A program made the translations under genes and the position numbers. The notes beneath the pieces were generated by a model. It worked only from the letters and a program-made list of their open reading frames with translations, made no database searches and had not been told where the DNA came from. A stretch of 64,000 nt of DNA from Octopus vulgaris. Lineage: Eukaryota. This document shows, piece by piece, positions 1-13,309 of the stretch. Position 1 is the stretch's first letter. Every line of letters starts with the position of its first letter. Location: assembly GCA_951406725.2 (NCBI GenBank), contig OX597822.1, positions 40,920,001 to 40,984,000 of the forward strand, in the 5' to 3' direction.

Positions 1-59
1 TATATATATGCATGTGTATATGTATATATGAATTTATGTATGGACATGTGTGTATATAT

Positions 60-520
60 GTATACCAAACTCGCCCTATTAATTACTAGTTGAATTCAGC
101 CAATAGTCTACCATTCAGTTTCTGTCGGCTCTATTTGTCTTACATGGTTTTGATTGACCCTGATGTATAGTAAAGGAATAACTTACCTTAACGTTATTTG
201 CGTTGAAGAGCTTATGGTATTTATTGGTGTTAGGGAAATGATGTGTTGTTAGTACTAAGTAATTCCTGTTATTAGCGATCTCGGTTTTATGTCACACTTT
301 AAACCAGAATACTTTCTAATTCTTGATTCTATTCTGAAGTGGAGTGTGGTACCTAATCTAAATAAAGTTGTTCTTCACTAAAGCTTGAATTCAGTTGAAT
401 GACAAACTTTCTGATAGTACGAAAGAACCTGTGCAAACTTTTAATCTAACTTTGACCAATTTTCAAAACTGTATTTTGTTTCACCTAACCAAACTTATTT
501 TTAATAACACCAATTCCTCC
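60..520 (-). mobile_element. Decayed Penelope-like retroelement fragment (RT to GIY-YIG linker region)
   Basis: Minus-strand translation of 175-240 gives HFPNTNKYHKLFNANNVKVSYS, with KVFWF upstream. This resembles the PLE WF..P / HFP...HKIFN.N..KVSYS block. Stops and frameshifts present; boundaries approximate. Confidence 0.7.
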
Positions 521-740
521 CGAAAGCATTTTATTCACTCAGCTTGCTGATTCTTTCAGCATAGCTTCAAATGGCAGTAAATAATGGACCTTGATGAAAC
601 TGTACCGGAAATGGTACCAGAAGGTTGCATATCTAACAGTGTGCAGTCGATGCACTTGAAACGCGCGTAGGTCCACGAAAGGGTATTGTTTAATAAAATC
701 AAAGATGTGGAAAAAAATTTCCATTCTCCTGATTATTATT

Positions 741-807
<67 letters not shown>

Positions 808-1569
808 TGTGTATGTTTGTCTGTGTATATGTGCGCGTGTGTATATGGTCTGTGCTTGCTCGCTCCATCGCTTGACGACCGGCGTTTGCTTACATCACCG
901 TGATTTAGCGGTTCAGTAAAAACGATGGAACAGATACCAGGCTTAAAAAAGAAACTACTGAGGTCAATTCATTCGACTAAGAAATTCTTCAAAGCGGTGC
1001 CCCAGCATGACCGCAGACTAATGACTGAAACAAGTAACAGATAAAATAAAAATAAAATACTATTTAGGCTGTATCAATATTCCTTAACACTAGTTTTTCC
1101 ATAGTTTATTATAAAACCCCTCACCGACCATGAAATATTCTTATACTATCATACAATATCAATTAACAATTTTTCTTTAAGATCATCTAATGAGTACCTC
1201 TTACTTTCATTAAATAAACTACAAGTTAATATCCTCAATTTATCCTACAGCTTCATATAATTATGGAATATAATTGAGCCCCGTCAGAATCGCTATTAAC
1301 GTAAATGAATCTTAATTTCGAAATATAAAATTACCTAACTTCCTTTTATTGTTTAATGAATACCATTCATTTCTACTACATTCTTTATTCCAATTAATCC
1401 ACTGTAAACCTAATTAATTTAACAATTCGCTTATAATTTGTGAAGTTTCCGCCATTTCATATAGCCTCATTACTTAACAATTCACAAAACTTTTCTTTGG
1501 CTCACCACAAACAACTTCAAGCGTTTTATTGGTTCAAACTTAATACCAAGCTCTTAAATTAGTTGCTTT

Positions 1570-1802
1570 TTGTCTTGGTGTATAGGTTCCCCACCCGGAT
1601 GGAATGCAGGTCCATCGCAGGTGAAGTGCAAGATGCTGGAGGAAAGAGTGAGAGAAAGTTGTGGCGAAAGAGTCAGCAGAGGTTTGCCATTACCTTCTTA
1701 GATGTGTCGCTTATAAACACACACATCGCCCGGTCTGAAATTCGAACCCGCGATCCCTCGACTGCGAGTCCGCTGCTCTAACAACTAGGCCATGTGCCCC
1801 CA
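1570..1802 (-). mobile_element. tRNA-derived SINE, family C variant
   Basis: Reverse complement begins GGGGCACATGGCCTAGTTGTTAGAGCAGCGGACTCGCAGTCGAGGGATCGCGGGTTCGAATT (Pol III A/B boxes). Similar to the copies at 22086 and 58782. Confidence 0.75.
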
Positions 1803-1904
1803 CTAAATTAGTTGTAAATATAAAACAAATTCATAATACTAAGTTTTGTTACGAAGTAAACCCATCGGGTTGGAGCCGTTACTCCTTAAAGTATTTAAAG
1901 TTAA

Positions 1905-2355
1905 TGGTTTCAAATTTTGGCACAAGGCCAGCAATTTTGAAGGAGGGGTAAGTCGATTATATCGACTCCAGTAATCAACGCATTACTTATTTTATCGACT
2001 CCGAAAAGAAAAGTAGTTCTCGGCGAAACTCGAACTCACGATGTATAAAGACAGACGAAATGCTTCTAAGCATTTTGGCCTGCATTGCTAACGATTCTTC
2101 TTGCTCGCCTCCTTACGTATACAAAATCATTGATTTCAATTTTTGGCACGAGACAAGCAATTTCAGGATGGTAGGGAAGGGCTAAGTCCGTTACATCAAC
2201 TCCACTACTCATCTGGTACTTATTTTATCGACCCCGAAAGAGATGAAGTGCAAAGCTGTCTTCGGCGGAATTCGAACTCACGAGGCAAAGACGAATGAAA
2301 TGTCGCTAAGGCTTTTTTCTCAGCGTGCTAACAATTCTGCCAGCTTACCGCCTTA
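1905..2355 (-). mobile_element. Two SINE family A copies
   Basis: Reverse matches to the GGCGGCGAGCTGGCAGAA...GAGTTCAAATTCCGCCGAGGTCGAC...CATCCTTTCGGGGTCGATAAA consensus repeated throughout the window. Confidence 0.75.
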
Positions 2356-2704
2356 CGTACATAAAATTATTAAGTTCACCAATTACACCAGACAATTTCG
2401 GCTGGTAGTACTGTTACATAGATCACTGTAGTATTTATTCATGTTAAGGTTTTCGCCATCATTAGTTTTGTACATGAATAATTAAATTTACTAGATGTAT
2501 GAAATAGTTCTAGACGTCTGCTGTGTCTATTATTACAACCTTACACTGAACAGTAATTCATGTATATTATGTACTCATCATCGTCGCTTTAACGTTTCCT
2601 TTTCCATACTTGATGTGTTGTTCAGGTATTTTGTCTGCGCTCGAATGACATTACTGTCGCCAACCCTCACCTGTTTCCAAGCAATGTAATATTTCCCCTT
2701 GGGT

Positions 2705-3310
2705 AGGCGGCGAACTGGCAGAAACGTTAGCACGTGGGGCGAAATGCTTTGAGGTATTTCGGCTGCCGTTACGTTCTTAGTTCAAATTCCGCCGAGGTCG
2801 ACGTTGCCTTTCATCCTTTCGGGGTCGATTAAATAAGTACCAGTTACGCACTGCGGTCGATATAATCGACTTAATCCATTTGTCTGTCCTTGTTTGTTCC
2901 CTCTGTGTTTAGCCCCTTGTGGGTAGTAAAGAAATAGGTATTTCGTCTGTCTTTATGTTCTGAGTTCAAATTCCACCGAGGTTAACTTTGCCTTTCATCC
3001 TTTCGGAGTCGATAAATTAAGTACCAGTTACGCACTGGGGTCGATGTAATCGACTTAATCCCTTTGTCTGTCCTCTGTATGTTTAGCGCCTTGTGAGCAA
3101 TAAAGAAATAAGAAACGTTAGCTCGCCGGGCGAAATGCTTAGCAGTAATTTCGTCTGTCTTCACGTTCTGAGTTCAAATTCCGCCGATATCGATTTTGCT
3201 TTTCATCCTTCCGGGTTCGATAAATTAAGTACCAGTTGAGTACTGGGGTCGATCTAATCGACTGGCCCCGTCCCCAATAATTTCCGGCTTTGTGCCTAGA
3301 GTAGAAAAGA
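2705..3310 (+). mobile_element. Compound (internally tandem) SINE family A
   Basis: tRNA-like head AGGCGGCGAACTGGCAGAAACGTTAGC, then three repeats of the GTTCAAATTCCGCCGAGGTCGAC...CTTTCATCC...AAGTACCAG core. Confidence 0.85.
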
Positions 3311-3423
3311 ATATTTCCCCTTGGGAGGATATGTTTCCATGGAAAACTTGAGACGAATGACACTGCTTAAAAAAATCACAGAACACTTCATTTGACATAT
3401 ACGACAGGAGAGTCAATGATATA

Positions 3424-4648
3424 CGAGAGTGAGCTGAAAAGTTCATTGGCTGGCTATGAAAGAGTGATGCTCTTCTTATTAATAACTGCATTGATTCTTT
3501 CCAGGTAAACTGACATCTAACTGTTCAAAGAAGACTTAAAAAGTAACTACAAAGCGACTTCTCTTGAAAATGGACAAAATATGACATCGTGGTGTTATCA
3601 AGTATCCGCAGAAAAAGTATTTAACCGCCAAGGAGATTCGTGCTGACATGGTTGCAACATTAGGGGATGACGTTCTAGCTTTATCAATTGTGCCAATGTG
3701 GTCAGCTGAATTTAGGAGGGGAAGTGAGAGTCTTGACCATAGCCCAAGGACTGGACGTCGCCGAGGAAAACATTGATCACGTTCATTGCATGATGGATGA
3801 CAGGTAATTGACTATAATTCAAATAGCCAATGCGATTAGGATATCTCCTGAGAAAGTTCAGAATATTCTGTACAATGAAGCCCACATGACGAAGGTTTCT
3901 TTTCAGTAGGTGCCACGTATTCTGACACCTTGTGAAAAGCGCACCAAGATAATCACTTCACGGGAAAATCTGACTTTGCTTGTGGCTGATCCAGCTGGAT
4001 TCCTTGAATGTTTCCTAACCCAGGATGAGCGTTGGATTCATCACTTTGATTCAGAGATAAAAAGATAATCTATGCAGTAGAAACACCCCTCCTCGCCAGC
4101 TCCAAAGAAGGCCGAAGGAAGGTGATGGTCTCAGTCTCTTAGGATGCGAAAGACTTTGTATTTACTGACTATCTTCAAAAGAGCCACATGAATGGTGTGT
4201 ACTATGCCAACTTGTAGAAGTAGTTACATGTGACCAAGACCAAATGTCCTGGAAAACTGACGAAAGGGCTTTGGTTTCAACAGGATAATGCTCCGACACA
4301 AGAGTTTGATTTCAATGGCTACTATGCTTAATTGTGGCTTTGAACTGATGGATCACCATCCATATACTTCTTCTTTGGCTCCATCTGATTATCATCAGTT
4401 CCCCGTGAAAAAAAAAAACGCCTGGCTGGGAACCAGTATCGTAGTGGACGAGGTTACATATCTGCTGTTGATGAATATTTGAGCAAGAGGATGAAAGCTT
4501 TTTCATCAAGCGGTGCAAGCACATCAACACTGATGGAAGAAGTGTGTGGACCACAAGGGTGGGAAGATTATGTTGAAAAATAACCCTCATTTGGTTACAT
4601 TCCCTGAGAGATTCTTGGTTACCCTATGGACTTTTTGGCCGACCCTCG
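3424..4648 (+). mobile_element. Decayed mariner (Tc1/mariner) transposon
   Basis: TA target duplications. Diverged TIRs CGAGAGTGAGCTGAAAAGTTCAT / ATGGACTTTTTGGCCGACCCTCG. Broken transposase motifs *VPRILT (WVPRLL), TQDERWIHHFD, QDNAPT and HHPYTSSLAPSDYHQF. About 1.2 kb. Confidence 0.9.
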
Positions 4649-6266
4649 TATATCTATTGAAAACATTCAAACATCACAACTATCTTTCCGAGCATCGTAA
4701 CTGCATTTCAAATGGAATTCATGGTCCTCCAAAGTTCATATAAGTTGACCTACCATTTCTAGTTATGAATTTTGGTCTGCAAAATTCGACTTGCATATCA
4801 GAAAATAAGTACACACACAGACTGGGAAACAATTTGAGTACACAGAAATGGAACCTTTTAGATAACAATAACCAACAGATAATATTAAGCAGACGTCATA
4901 ATAATTTTCTGAAAGTGTCTGAGACCAACTAATTTTGGTAACAATAACAGTTCCACAATATTAGTGTTTTTAACTGAATGCATATCTGTGTGCGTGTGTG
5001 TACACACACACTGCTTAATTCAAGAGCTGAAATTTTTAATAGATGTAGACATATGGACAGGTTTCTTTTATCAAATTGGAGGGTACCACCCGCTCCGGAT
5101 TGAGTTGCTGTCTCACAGACTTTGACATATTTTCCATTATTTTGTACTAAACAAGTTGTATTCAATGAGCTTTCTGTAAACCAGGGAGGATCTTAATTTT
5201 CTTGATGTTGTTTCATTTTTTCTCGTGCCATTTTTGGGCACCAACCTGCTTCACGTTTTTCTTACTTTCTTACTGTCCAGCGCCCTTGTTCTTAAAATCT
5301 ATACTCTAATGGAGAAAGCTGCTTATTAATTAGGTGTGAAACAATTACTAAAAGTACTAGAAAAAAGCAATTATTAAAGGGTTAACCATCAGGAAATATT
5401 TTTATAAATTCATGTTCTAAGAAATTTCCTATAATTTCGAGTTCTTAAGTTTATTGAATTTTTTAAATCCAATTTCTCGCAAATTTAAACATTCGTTGCA
5501 TTCACTGCGTCCAATTCTTCCCAAATTTAAATATTCACTGCGGAGTATTCCATTTTCATTTGCAAAATCTCTCACTTTCTCTTTTAATATTTTCATTTCG
5601 AGTTTTAGTTCGTTATTTAGAAAACCGACAGTTTATTCTATTAATGTACATGTAATGTAAAAACATTATTGAATGAAAATTTTTTAGAATACCCGTATAA
5701 CTTTTGTGACAAAAAATTATTTATGTGTTTTTGTTGTTATGGTTACTTGGAACGCTGTAAGCCTTACAATAATAACAACTATCCGGACAGATTTTGGCCA
5801 TTTTCCTTTTTAACTTAAAAACCGTAAAAAAAAAAAGAAAAGATTGTAAATATTTTCAGAGGAAAAGGTGAACAATTCAAGGGTGGTTTCGCTGTTGTCT
5901 CTCGCACAACCTAAGTCAACCAGCCTCCCTTTTCACTCTCACATGTATTGATGATTTTTCAATATTTTTCTACCATTAAACACATTTTATGGAATGATGA
6001 TGCCGAAGTAACACACGCGTGGTCCAATGGTGAAAGTAAAACAGCAAAATATATTGTAATTGAAATTTTTACCTCCACCTAAATCAAGCGAAGCCAGGTG
6101 TGTGTTTAAGAAAAACATTTTCTAACCGAAAAGTATGCTATTAAAATGAATTATCGTTTACGTAACTCCTTTTTTAAATCAACAACAATTTCAGCGTGGA
6201 AGATGTTTGTAAGCCATTCAAGAACACACGAAAACAGTTTCACTTCAGCATTTAATTTTCATTTGT

Positions 6267-6311
6267 GTCAAAATATTTTCGTCGCATTGAAACCGCGACC
6301 TGTTCACTGAG
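6267..6311 (-). ncRNA. Second copy of the putative hammerhead motif, opposite strand
   Basis: Reverse complement reads TCA-GTGAACA-G-GTCGC-ggtttcaat-GCGAC-GAAA-ATAT-T-T-TGAC. Confidence 0.55.
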
Positions 6312-6345
6312 AAAACTTCGTGCTGCATCAATCTTATGAAGTTTA

Positions 6346-6390
6346 GTCAGTGAACAGGTCGCGGTTTCAAAGCGACGAAAATATTTTGAC
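6346..6390 (+). ncRNA. Putative minimal type-I hammerhead ribozyme, G3:C8 core variant
   Basis: Stem I GTCA/TGAC; core GTGAACA plus an extra G; stem II GTCGC/GCGAC; GAAA; palindromic stem III AATATT; U at position 17. Folded by eye. Confidence 0.6.
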
Positions 6391-6699
6391 ACAAATGAAA
6401 TTTAAATGTTGAAGCGAAACTGTTTTCGTGTGTTCTTGAATGGCTTACAAACATCTTCCAAGCTGTGGATAAATGCCAGCAATAACCTCAGGCTTTCCAA
6501 TATTTTAATTTCTAAACAGAAACAATCGGGAGTAGGGAGTGGGTTTGCCAAAAATTCATAATTTCTCGAAATTTTCTTTTGTATAGCATATAAATGTATT
6601 TATGGGTAAAGAATATTGCAAAACTATCAATAGAAGCGAGAGTGATAAAGAAACGAGGAGGATTGTATTTCGATGTGCTAGAAACAACAGCCAAATCGC

Positions 6700-7262
6700 C
6701 CTTAAATCATTCACTTTTCTCTCTGAAAATATTTTTTTCGTTTTTTTACCCCCCGAAAATGCTCTTCACATGGTTTAGAAGTGCAAAAAAAAAATTGGCC
6801 TAAATAGGTCCGGAGTGGAATGATGAGGGAGGGGGATTATAAAAAAAAACGAGTTTTCAAAAACATTTTTCATACCAAGATGCCCCTCACCCAACCCCAT
6901 CATCTCGATCTCGAAGGGTGTGGTTAAAAAAAATTGGGAAAATACCCGAAAAATTTTCCCCGCAAATTTCTTTATAATCGTAATCTATGCCGTTTGAAAG
7001 GGATTTGTATAAATTTTCATCAAAAGATATCCATTTTCCTGAAAGTTATGAGGGAATAAAGTCAGATCGTGTGAATTTTCCAAAACTCATCTCTCCACCC
7101 CTCGGAAAAATTCTTTCCCATAAATCCCTATATACTCTGAAACCACAACATCTAAGCGGTATTTGTAGAAAATTTTGTTAAAAAGTATCCATTTTTCTGG
7201 ATGCTATGAGGCAACAAAGTCGGGAGTGTATACATCTGTAGTAATGCCTTTTTATTTATACA
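6700..7262. mobile_element. Unclassified non-autonomous element with an internal direct repeat (possibly Helitron/Helentron-associated)
   Basis: The block ATTTGTATAAATTTT...TATCCATTTT.CTG.A.G.TATGAGG occurs twice (~7003-7052 and ~7161-7211). Ends in CCTTTTTATTTATA. Classification is inference. Confidence 0.3.
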
Positions 7263-8059
7263 ATTTTCTCATTTCATGTCAAGTTCATTGTTTTCTCTCC
7301 CCGATCTCTGTCACGCGCGCGCACACACACACACACTGCAACGCATACAGATGGACTGCTGAATTGTAATCTCTATGTTGCTTTGAAGAGAAGGTAAAAT
7401 CTGACAAATTGCCTCCCCCTCTGTTGTTGGACTACCATGATGCTTGTTTAAAAGAGAGAGTTTATGAGTATGATAAAATAATGAAAGCAATATTTACTAA
7501 GCAAGTGAGCAATATTATTCAAAGAAATGATTAGACGTAAAATATATAAATTATAAAACTGAGAATCAAATGTGAAAATATTATCAAGGGGCAAGCAGAA
7601 AACTGCCCATAGGGAGGTCTTTCTGCAAGTATAATGCATAAACAGAACCTGAAAGATTGCTTCAAAATATATGGCATATTTTATAAATATGCCTGTTCAA
7701 GTATCATGATAGCATGAAACTATTAGTAACTCTTTCTGTTGTGTGTTTAAATTGATATTTACCTATCACTGGATGGAGACATCTTTTACGTCTCTTTAAA
7801 CTATATATATATAATCCTCAACCACTTTACCTTGTTTGCATAGATCAGATAGTGTATTTGCAGCAGATTTTCTATGGCTGGATGCCCTTCCTACTAGACA
7901 AAGTTTAACAGTTTCCAAGCAACCCAATATTTCCTCGTGGTCAGAAATGTTTTAATGGAATATTTGTAATCAACGACATTCATTTACAATATTACATGAT
8001 GTCAAGATAATGCAACACACAAATATGAATATATATCTATATATACACACATACATATA

Positions 8060-8605
8060 TAGGTGGAGTGGCTGTGCGGTAAGTAGCTTGCTTACCAACC
8101 ACATGGTTCTGGATTCAGTCCCACTGTGTAGCACATTGGCCAAGTGTCTTCTACTATAGCCTCGGGCTAACCAAAGCCTTGTGAGTGGATTTGGTAGACG
8201 GAAACTGAAAGATGCTCATCATATATATATGTGTGTGTTTGTGTGTGTGTGTGTGTCTGTGTTTGTCCCTTCAACATCGCTTGACAACTGATTTTGGTGT
8301 GTTTACGTCCCTGTAATATAGCGTTTCAGCAAAAGAGACCGTTAGAATAAGTACTAGGCTTACAAGGGGTTGATTTGCTCGACTAAAGGCGGTGCTCCAC
8401 CATGGCCACAATCAAATGACTGAAACAAGTAAAAAAGAATATATATATATGACAGGTTTCTCTCAGCTTCCACCAACCAAGTCTACTCATAAGGCTTTGG
8501 TTGGCCTGGGGCATATAGTAGAAGCTACATGCCCAAGGTACCACACAGTGAAGGTGAAACTGGAACAGTGTGGTTAAGAAGAAAACCTCTTAACCACACA
8601 GCCAC
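8060..8605. mobile_element. SINE family B (+) followed by an inverted partial copy (-)
   Basis: GGAGTGGCTGTGCGGTAAGTAGCTTGCTTACCAACCACATGGTTC...GGCCAAGTGTCTTCTACTATAGC, internal (TG)n, tail TGACTGAAACAAGTAAAA. A reverse head lies at 8450-8605. Confidence 0.85.
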
Positions 8606-9022
8606 ACACACACACAAACAAAAAAAAAAACACACACACACATACATAGCATAGTAAGAACATATTAAGATGCTAAAAAATAACAACAGAACAAGTCAAT
8701 TTATGTACATAATTTTTTTAATTGAATTCGATTTAATAAATAAAATTTCTTGTTTATAACAAAATATAATTTTGTTTTTTTTTAATCTTTCTGATACATT
8801 TTGATTGTGTGTGTGTGCATGTGTGTGTGTATGTGTGTGAGGGTGATATAAGTGTATGCGTTTGAAATCTTGTTATTTACAGAATAATTCCAAATATTGA
8901 AGGACAAAAGAATGGGAATTTTTATACATCCAAATCACTTCACATTTTACAAAATATAAACATACATATATTATGTATATATAAATTAGAAACACTTGCA
9001 CACACGAGACATGAGCATGCAA

Positions 9023-9055
<33 letters not shown>

Positions 9056-9490
9056 ACATTCAATATCAGCTATGTAAGTACGTATGCTTATATGCATGTG
9101 TATATAATCCCTTAACAAGCTTAGAAGTGGATGTGGGTGTGTGTTTGTGTGTATACAGATCAGTTTCTGCATATATAAATACATGATTCATATGCAATTA
9201 ATTATATTGATATATGCATAGACACTAACATGGTATATATATATATATATATGTATATATATACACACACACACACATATATGTGTGTGTGTGCATGTAT
9301 GTATATATGTATGTGTGCATGTACGTATATGTGTGTATATATATGTATGTATATGTATGTGTGTATATATATATCTATATACATATGTATAAGTATATAC
9401 TTCTATAAATAAACACCCACATACAAAGAAACACAGAGAGAGAGAGAGAGAGAGAGGGAAGGAGACATACATATACAGACATGTCCACTA

Positions 9491-9543
<53 letters not shown>

Positions 9544-9816
9544 TTACTTAAATTAATTTCGTAATTCAATATGCAAGTTATGCCGAGACACACAGACAAA
9601 AATATATATATCTGAGTTCATTCTATAATTTCTTAATACCTCCACAATACCGACATGGCATCCCCCACCCACACCCCCAACTCCGACCTCTTAAATTCTC
9701 ATACTCCCTGGCCTCCACATACATGCTCTAATTACTGTGTTAGGTATTAATCAGCTTTAGGGACACTTTTCAATATAACGAGATTTCGACACAGTAGGTG
9801 TGTGTGAGTGCATGTC

Positions 9817-9867
<51 letters not shown>

Positions 9868-9892
9868 GTATATATGTATATATATATACGTA

Positions 9893-9924
<32 letters not shown>

Positions 9925-10013
9925 AATGTACATCTATCCATCCATACATACATACACATATCCATATATATATATATATACAAAAACATGTATACAAACA
10001 TACAAGTACATAT

Positions 10014-10048
<35 letters not shown>

Positions 10049-10856
10049 TTTAGTGTAAGTCAGAGGTTAAGAAACCAACTAAGGGATAGTACCTATCCAA
10101 AATACTGCTGGTAGTGTACCCAATTATTCATAGTCAAGTCACACACGCACACACACACATGTATTTCATACATACACTCACATAAACATAATGCGTGTGC
10201 TAGTGCATATGCCTATATATATTATATATGTGCACACACACACATACAAAATGTTTGTACATGATGTATGTGTATATGTATATCTATCAATATACATTAG
10301 TGTACACACAAACATACACACATATATACACACACATGTATGTATATACACACATATGCACATATTTATATAGGCACATATTGAAAAATACATACATTGA
10401 CACAAAACCATTTAAAATATGCTCAGATAAGTACCTTGTCTAGAAATGAACTATCAACACCAATATCCCGTATATACATACATCATTATGTGTGTGTGTT
10501 TGTGTGAAGACAGGACTTTTGTAATCACCTTCATTGGCTTACATCTGTTTCTGCTACAAGAATCACTGCAACCTGAGTGCAGTGCTTTTTCTTATAGCTG
10601 AAATGGCTGTATTATAATGAATGTGATTACTTCACTGCTATATCCTACTGTAATGCATTAATTGACATTCTGCTGTGTACCGAGTTGACACTTAACTCTC
10701 GAACACCAAGTACATGTATATTGAATTCAAACAACTGGTTATTAATATCTATATTCGAGTGCATTGGTGTTTAACTCAAACCTCATAGTTTCAATTTCAA
10801 TAAAAAAAAACCCACATCATGTATTGAGAACTCCTCTGTGTCAGTCAAAATTAAAC

Positions 10857-10898
<42 letters not shown>

Positions 10899-11042
10899 GT
10901 ACACACATGTATGTGTGTGTATATATATATATATACACACATCCATACCAACACATGCACACACATATATATATATAATATGTATGTATATATACATATA
11001 TACACACATCCATACCAACACATATATATATATATAATATGC

Positions 11043-11083
<41 letters not shown>

Positions 11084-11851
11084 GTGCATAAATACACATA
11101 TTTAAGTACAAATACATGCATACACAAAGATATATATATATTAATGCACAATACTCTTTGTGTGCATGCACATGGATAAATCTGCTTAAACTCACTCACT
11201 GCAATGCACCGAGATTTCTCATGCAGCCACTATCCTAATTAACGAAAGTGTATTACTTATATTACAGACAATACAAAAGACAAAAAAAAGAGAGAAAAAT
11301 AAAGCAACGAATAAATTTAAATGAGAGAAAGAGGTGAAACAAAAAGCAGGTGTAAGTGTTTGGTATGCTCACCTCAGGAGAAACTGAGTGCATGTGTATT
11401 TGTGTGTGTGTGTGTGTGTATGAAAGAATGTTGAAATATTGTTCATATATAACAGACAATAATGAATGACTCGAAACAAACAAACAGCAATGCAGAATAA
11501 TGGAAAAATATGACCTAATGGCACTTAAAATTATGGAGACGTACATGTGTGTATTGAAACTGTTTGTGTGAGTGTGTGTGTGTGGATGTATGGTGGGTGC
11601 ATACACAGACAGGCATAAATAAGCATGCCGACTCCATTAGAGAGATGTTGAGACAAGAAAATACATGTAAGTACATAAGACATGCACATATATATACAAA
11701 CACACACATATATATATATATATATATACTTACACACATAAATATACATAAATACACATATTTATATACACACACACATACATATATATATACATATACA
11801 TATATATATACATATATATATATGCATATACATACATATATATATACATAT

Positions 11852-11884
<33 letters not shown>

Positions 11885-12281
11885 CTTAGCTGAGTGTGTT
11901 GTTCATATAGACAAATGCATACATACAGTTGAGAGAGAGAGAGAGAGAGGGGGATGAAAGATAGAGACAGATGAATGGACAAGCTGAACCAAGTTCAATA
12001 TCTTGCTACAGCTTCTGCCAACAGGGCCACATCCTTTGACTCTATGTCCGAGGGACCTTAGTTAAGTTAATGAGACTCCCCAACACCATAGTAAGATAGG
12101 GATATTTGTCAGATAGGGATCTTACTTCGGCATAGTTAACACCATCTCAAACTTATGAACTTTCAATGTAGTTGTAGTGAGCAATATTGGTAGTGGTTGC
12201 GGTAGCAACCACCACAGTTTGTGCTTCTGTTTGTTAGTAACGACACTAATTGATGATAATTAACATTAGTACCATATCAGT

Positions 12282-12672
12282 ATAGGCGTAAGAGTGGCTG
12301 TGTGGTAAAGAAGTTTGCTTCCCAACCACATGGTTCCGGGTTCAGTCCCACAATGTGACACCTTGAGCAAGTGTCTTCTACTATAGCTTCAGGCCGACCA
12401 AAGCCTTGTGAGTGGATTTGGTAGACAGAAACTGAAAGAAGCCTGTTGTATATATACATATATGTGTATATTTTTGTGAGTGTGTGTGTCTGTGTTTGTC
12501 CCCCTACCACCAATTGACAACAAATGTTGGTGTGGTTACATCCCCATAACTTAGCGGTTTAGCAAAAGATACTGATAGAATAAGTACTAGACTTACAAAG
12601 AGCAAGTCCTGGATTCAATTTGTTCAACTAAAGGTGATCCAGCATGGCCACACTCAAATGACTGAATGCAAG
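12282..12672 (+). mobile_element. SINE family B, full length, CpG-decayed
   Basis: Colinear with the copy at 57717-58140. Confidence 0.85.
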
Positions 12673-12991
12673 AGATATTTGTACTTTGCTTCTACATATT
12701 TTACTGCCACTCTGAAGAATAAGCTGCTGTTTTGCCCCAAGAAAGATTTTAACTTGGTACATGAGCCACCTACAGGTTTAACTGAATTCACAATTTTATA
12801 GCAGTGAGGTTGGTTTCCACAATGAAGTTAATAAAGACCCTATTCATATCAGTCCCTTCAGCACCCTATTGATACATCTATCTCCCTGACCTCTGTTGAT
12901 CTTTCACCTTGTGTGTATTTATTACTACTTTAATTGTTCTGGTGAATGGGACTGCTCTAAAGGCCCTCCAATCATTGGAGATTATCTAAAG

Positions 12992-13309
12992 CAGTGGTTC
13001 TCAACTTTTTTTTATTTATAGACCCCTTTTGATTACCGTTATATTCTGGTGGATCCCTGTAGTCATTCGATGTTTAAAAACTAGTTTTATGGAAACTTCT
13101 TTCACAATTCCTATTTTGTTTTTTATACATTCACTTGTGTAGTTGAACGATGTAAAACAGAGAATGAAATCCAGCTATCTCTAGCAATAGATACGTTTAA
13201 AGCAAAACTTTTTTATTGACCCTTAATATACTACTATGTGTCCCCAGTTTACTATTCTGCTTGTGTGGATTCCCAAAAATCTTACATAGACCCTGATTGA
13301 AAACCACTG
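12992..13309. mobile_element. hAT (Charlie-type) MITE
   Basis: TIRs CAGTGGTTCTCAAC / GATTGAAAACCACTG; 8-bp TSD ATCTAAAG / ATCTAGAG (NTCTAGAN-type target). Confidence 0.85.

Larger units (their letters stand above)
6192..6465. repeat. Long near-perfect inverted repeat, probably inverted PLE terminal repeats
   Basis: Arm 6192-6321 is the reverse complement of 6336-6465 with a handful of mismatches; ~14-nt spacer. Confidence 0.9.

Noticed and set aside
1060-1560. Possible further GIY-YIG remnant (KRFIGS)
   Set aside because: Too short and AT-rich to support.
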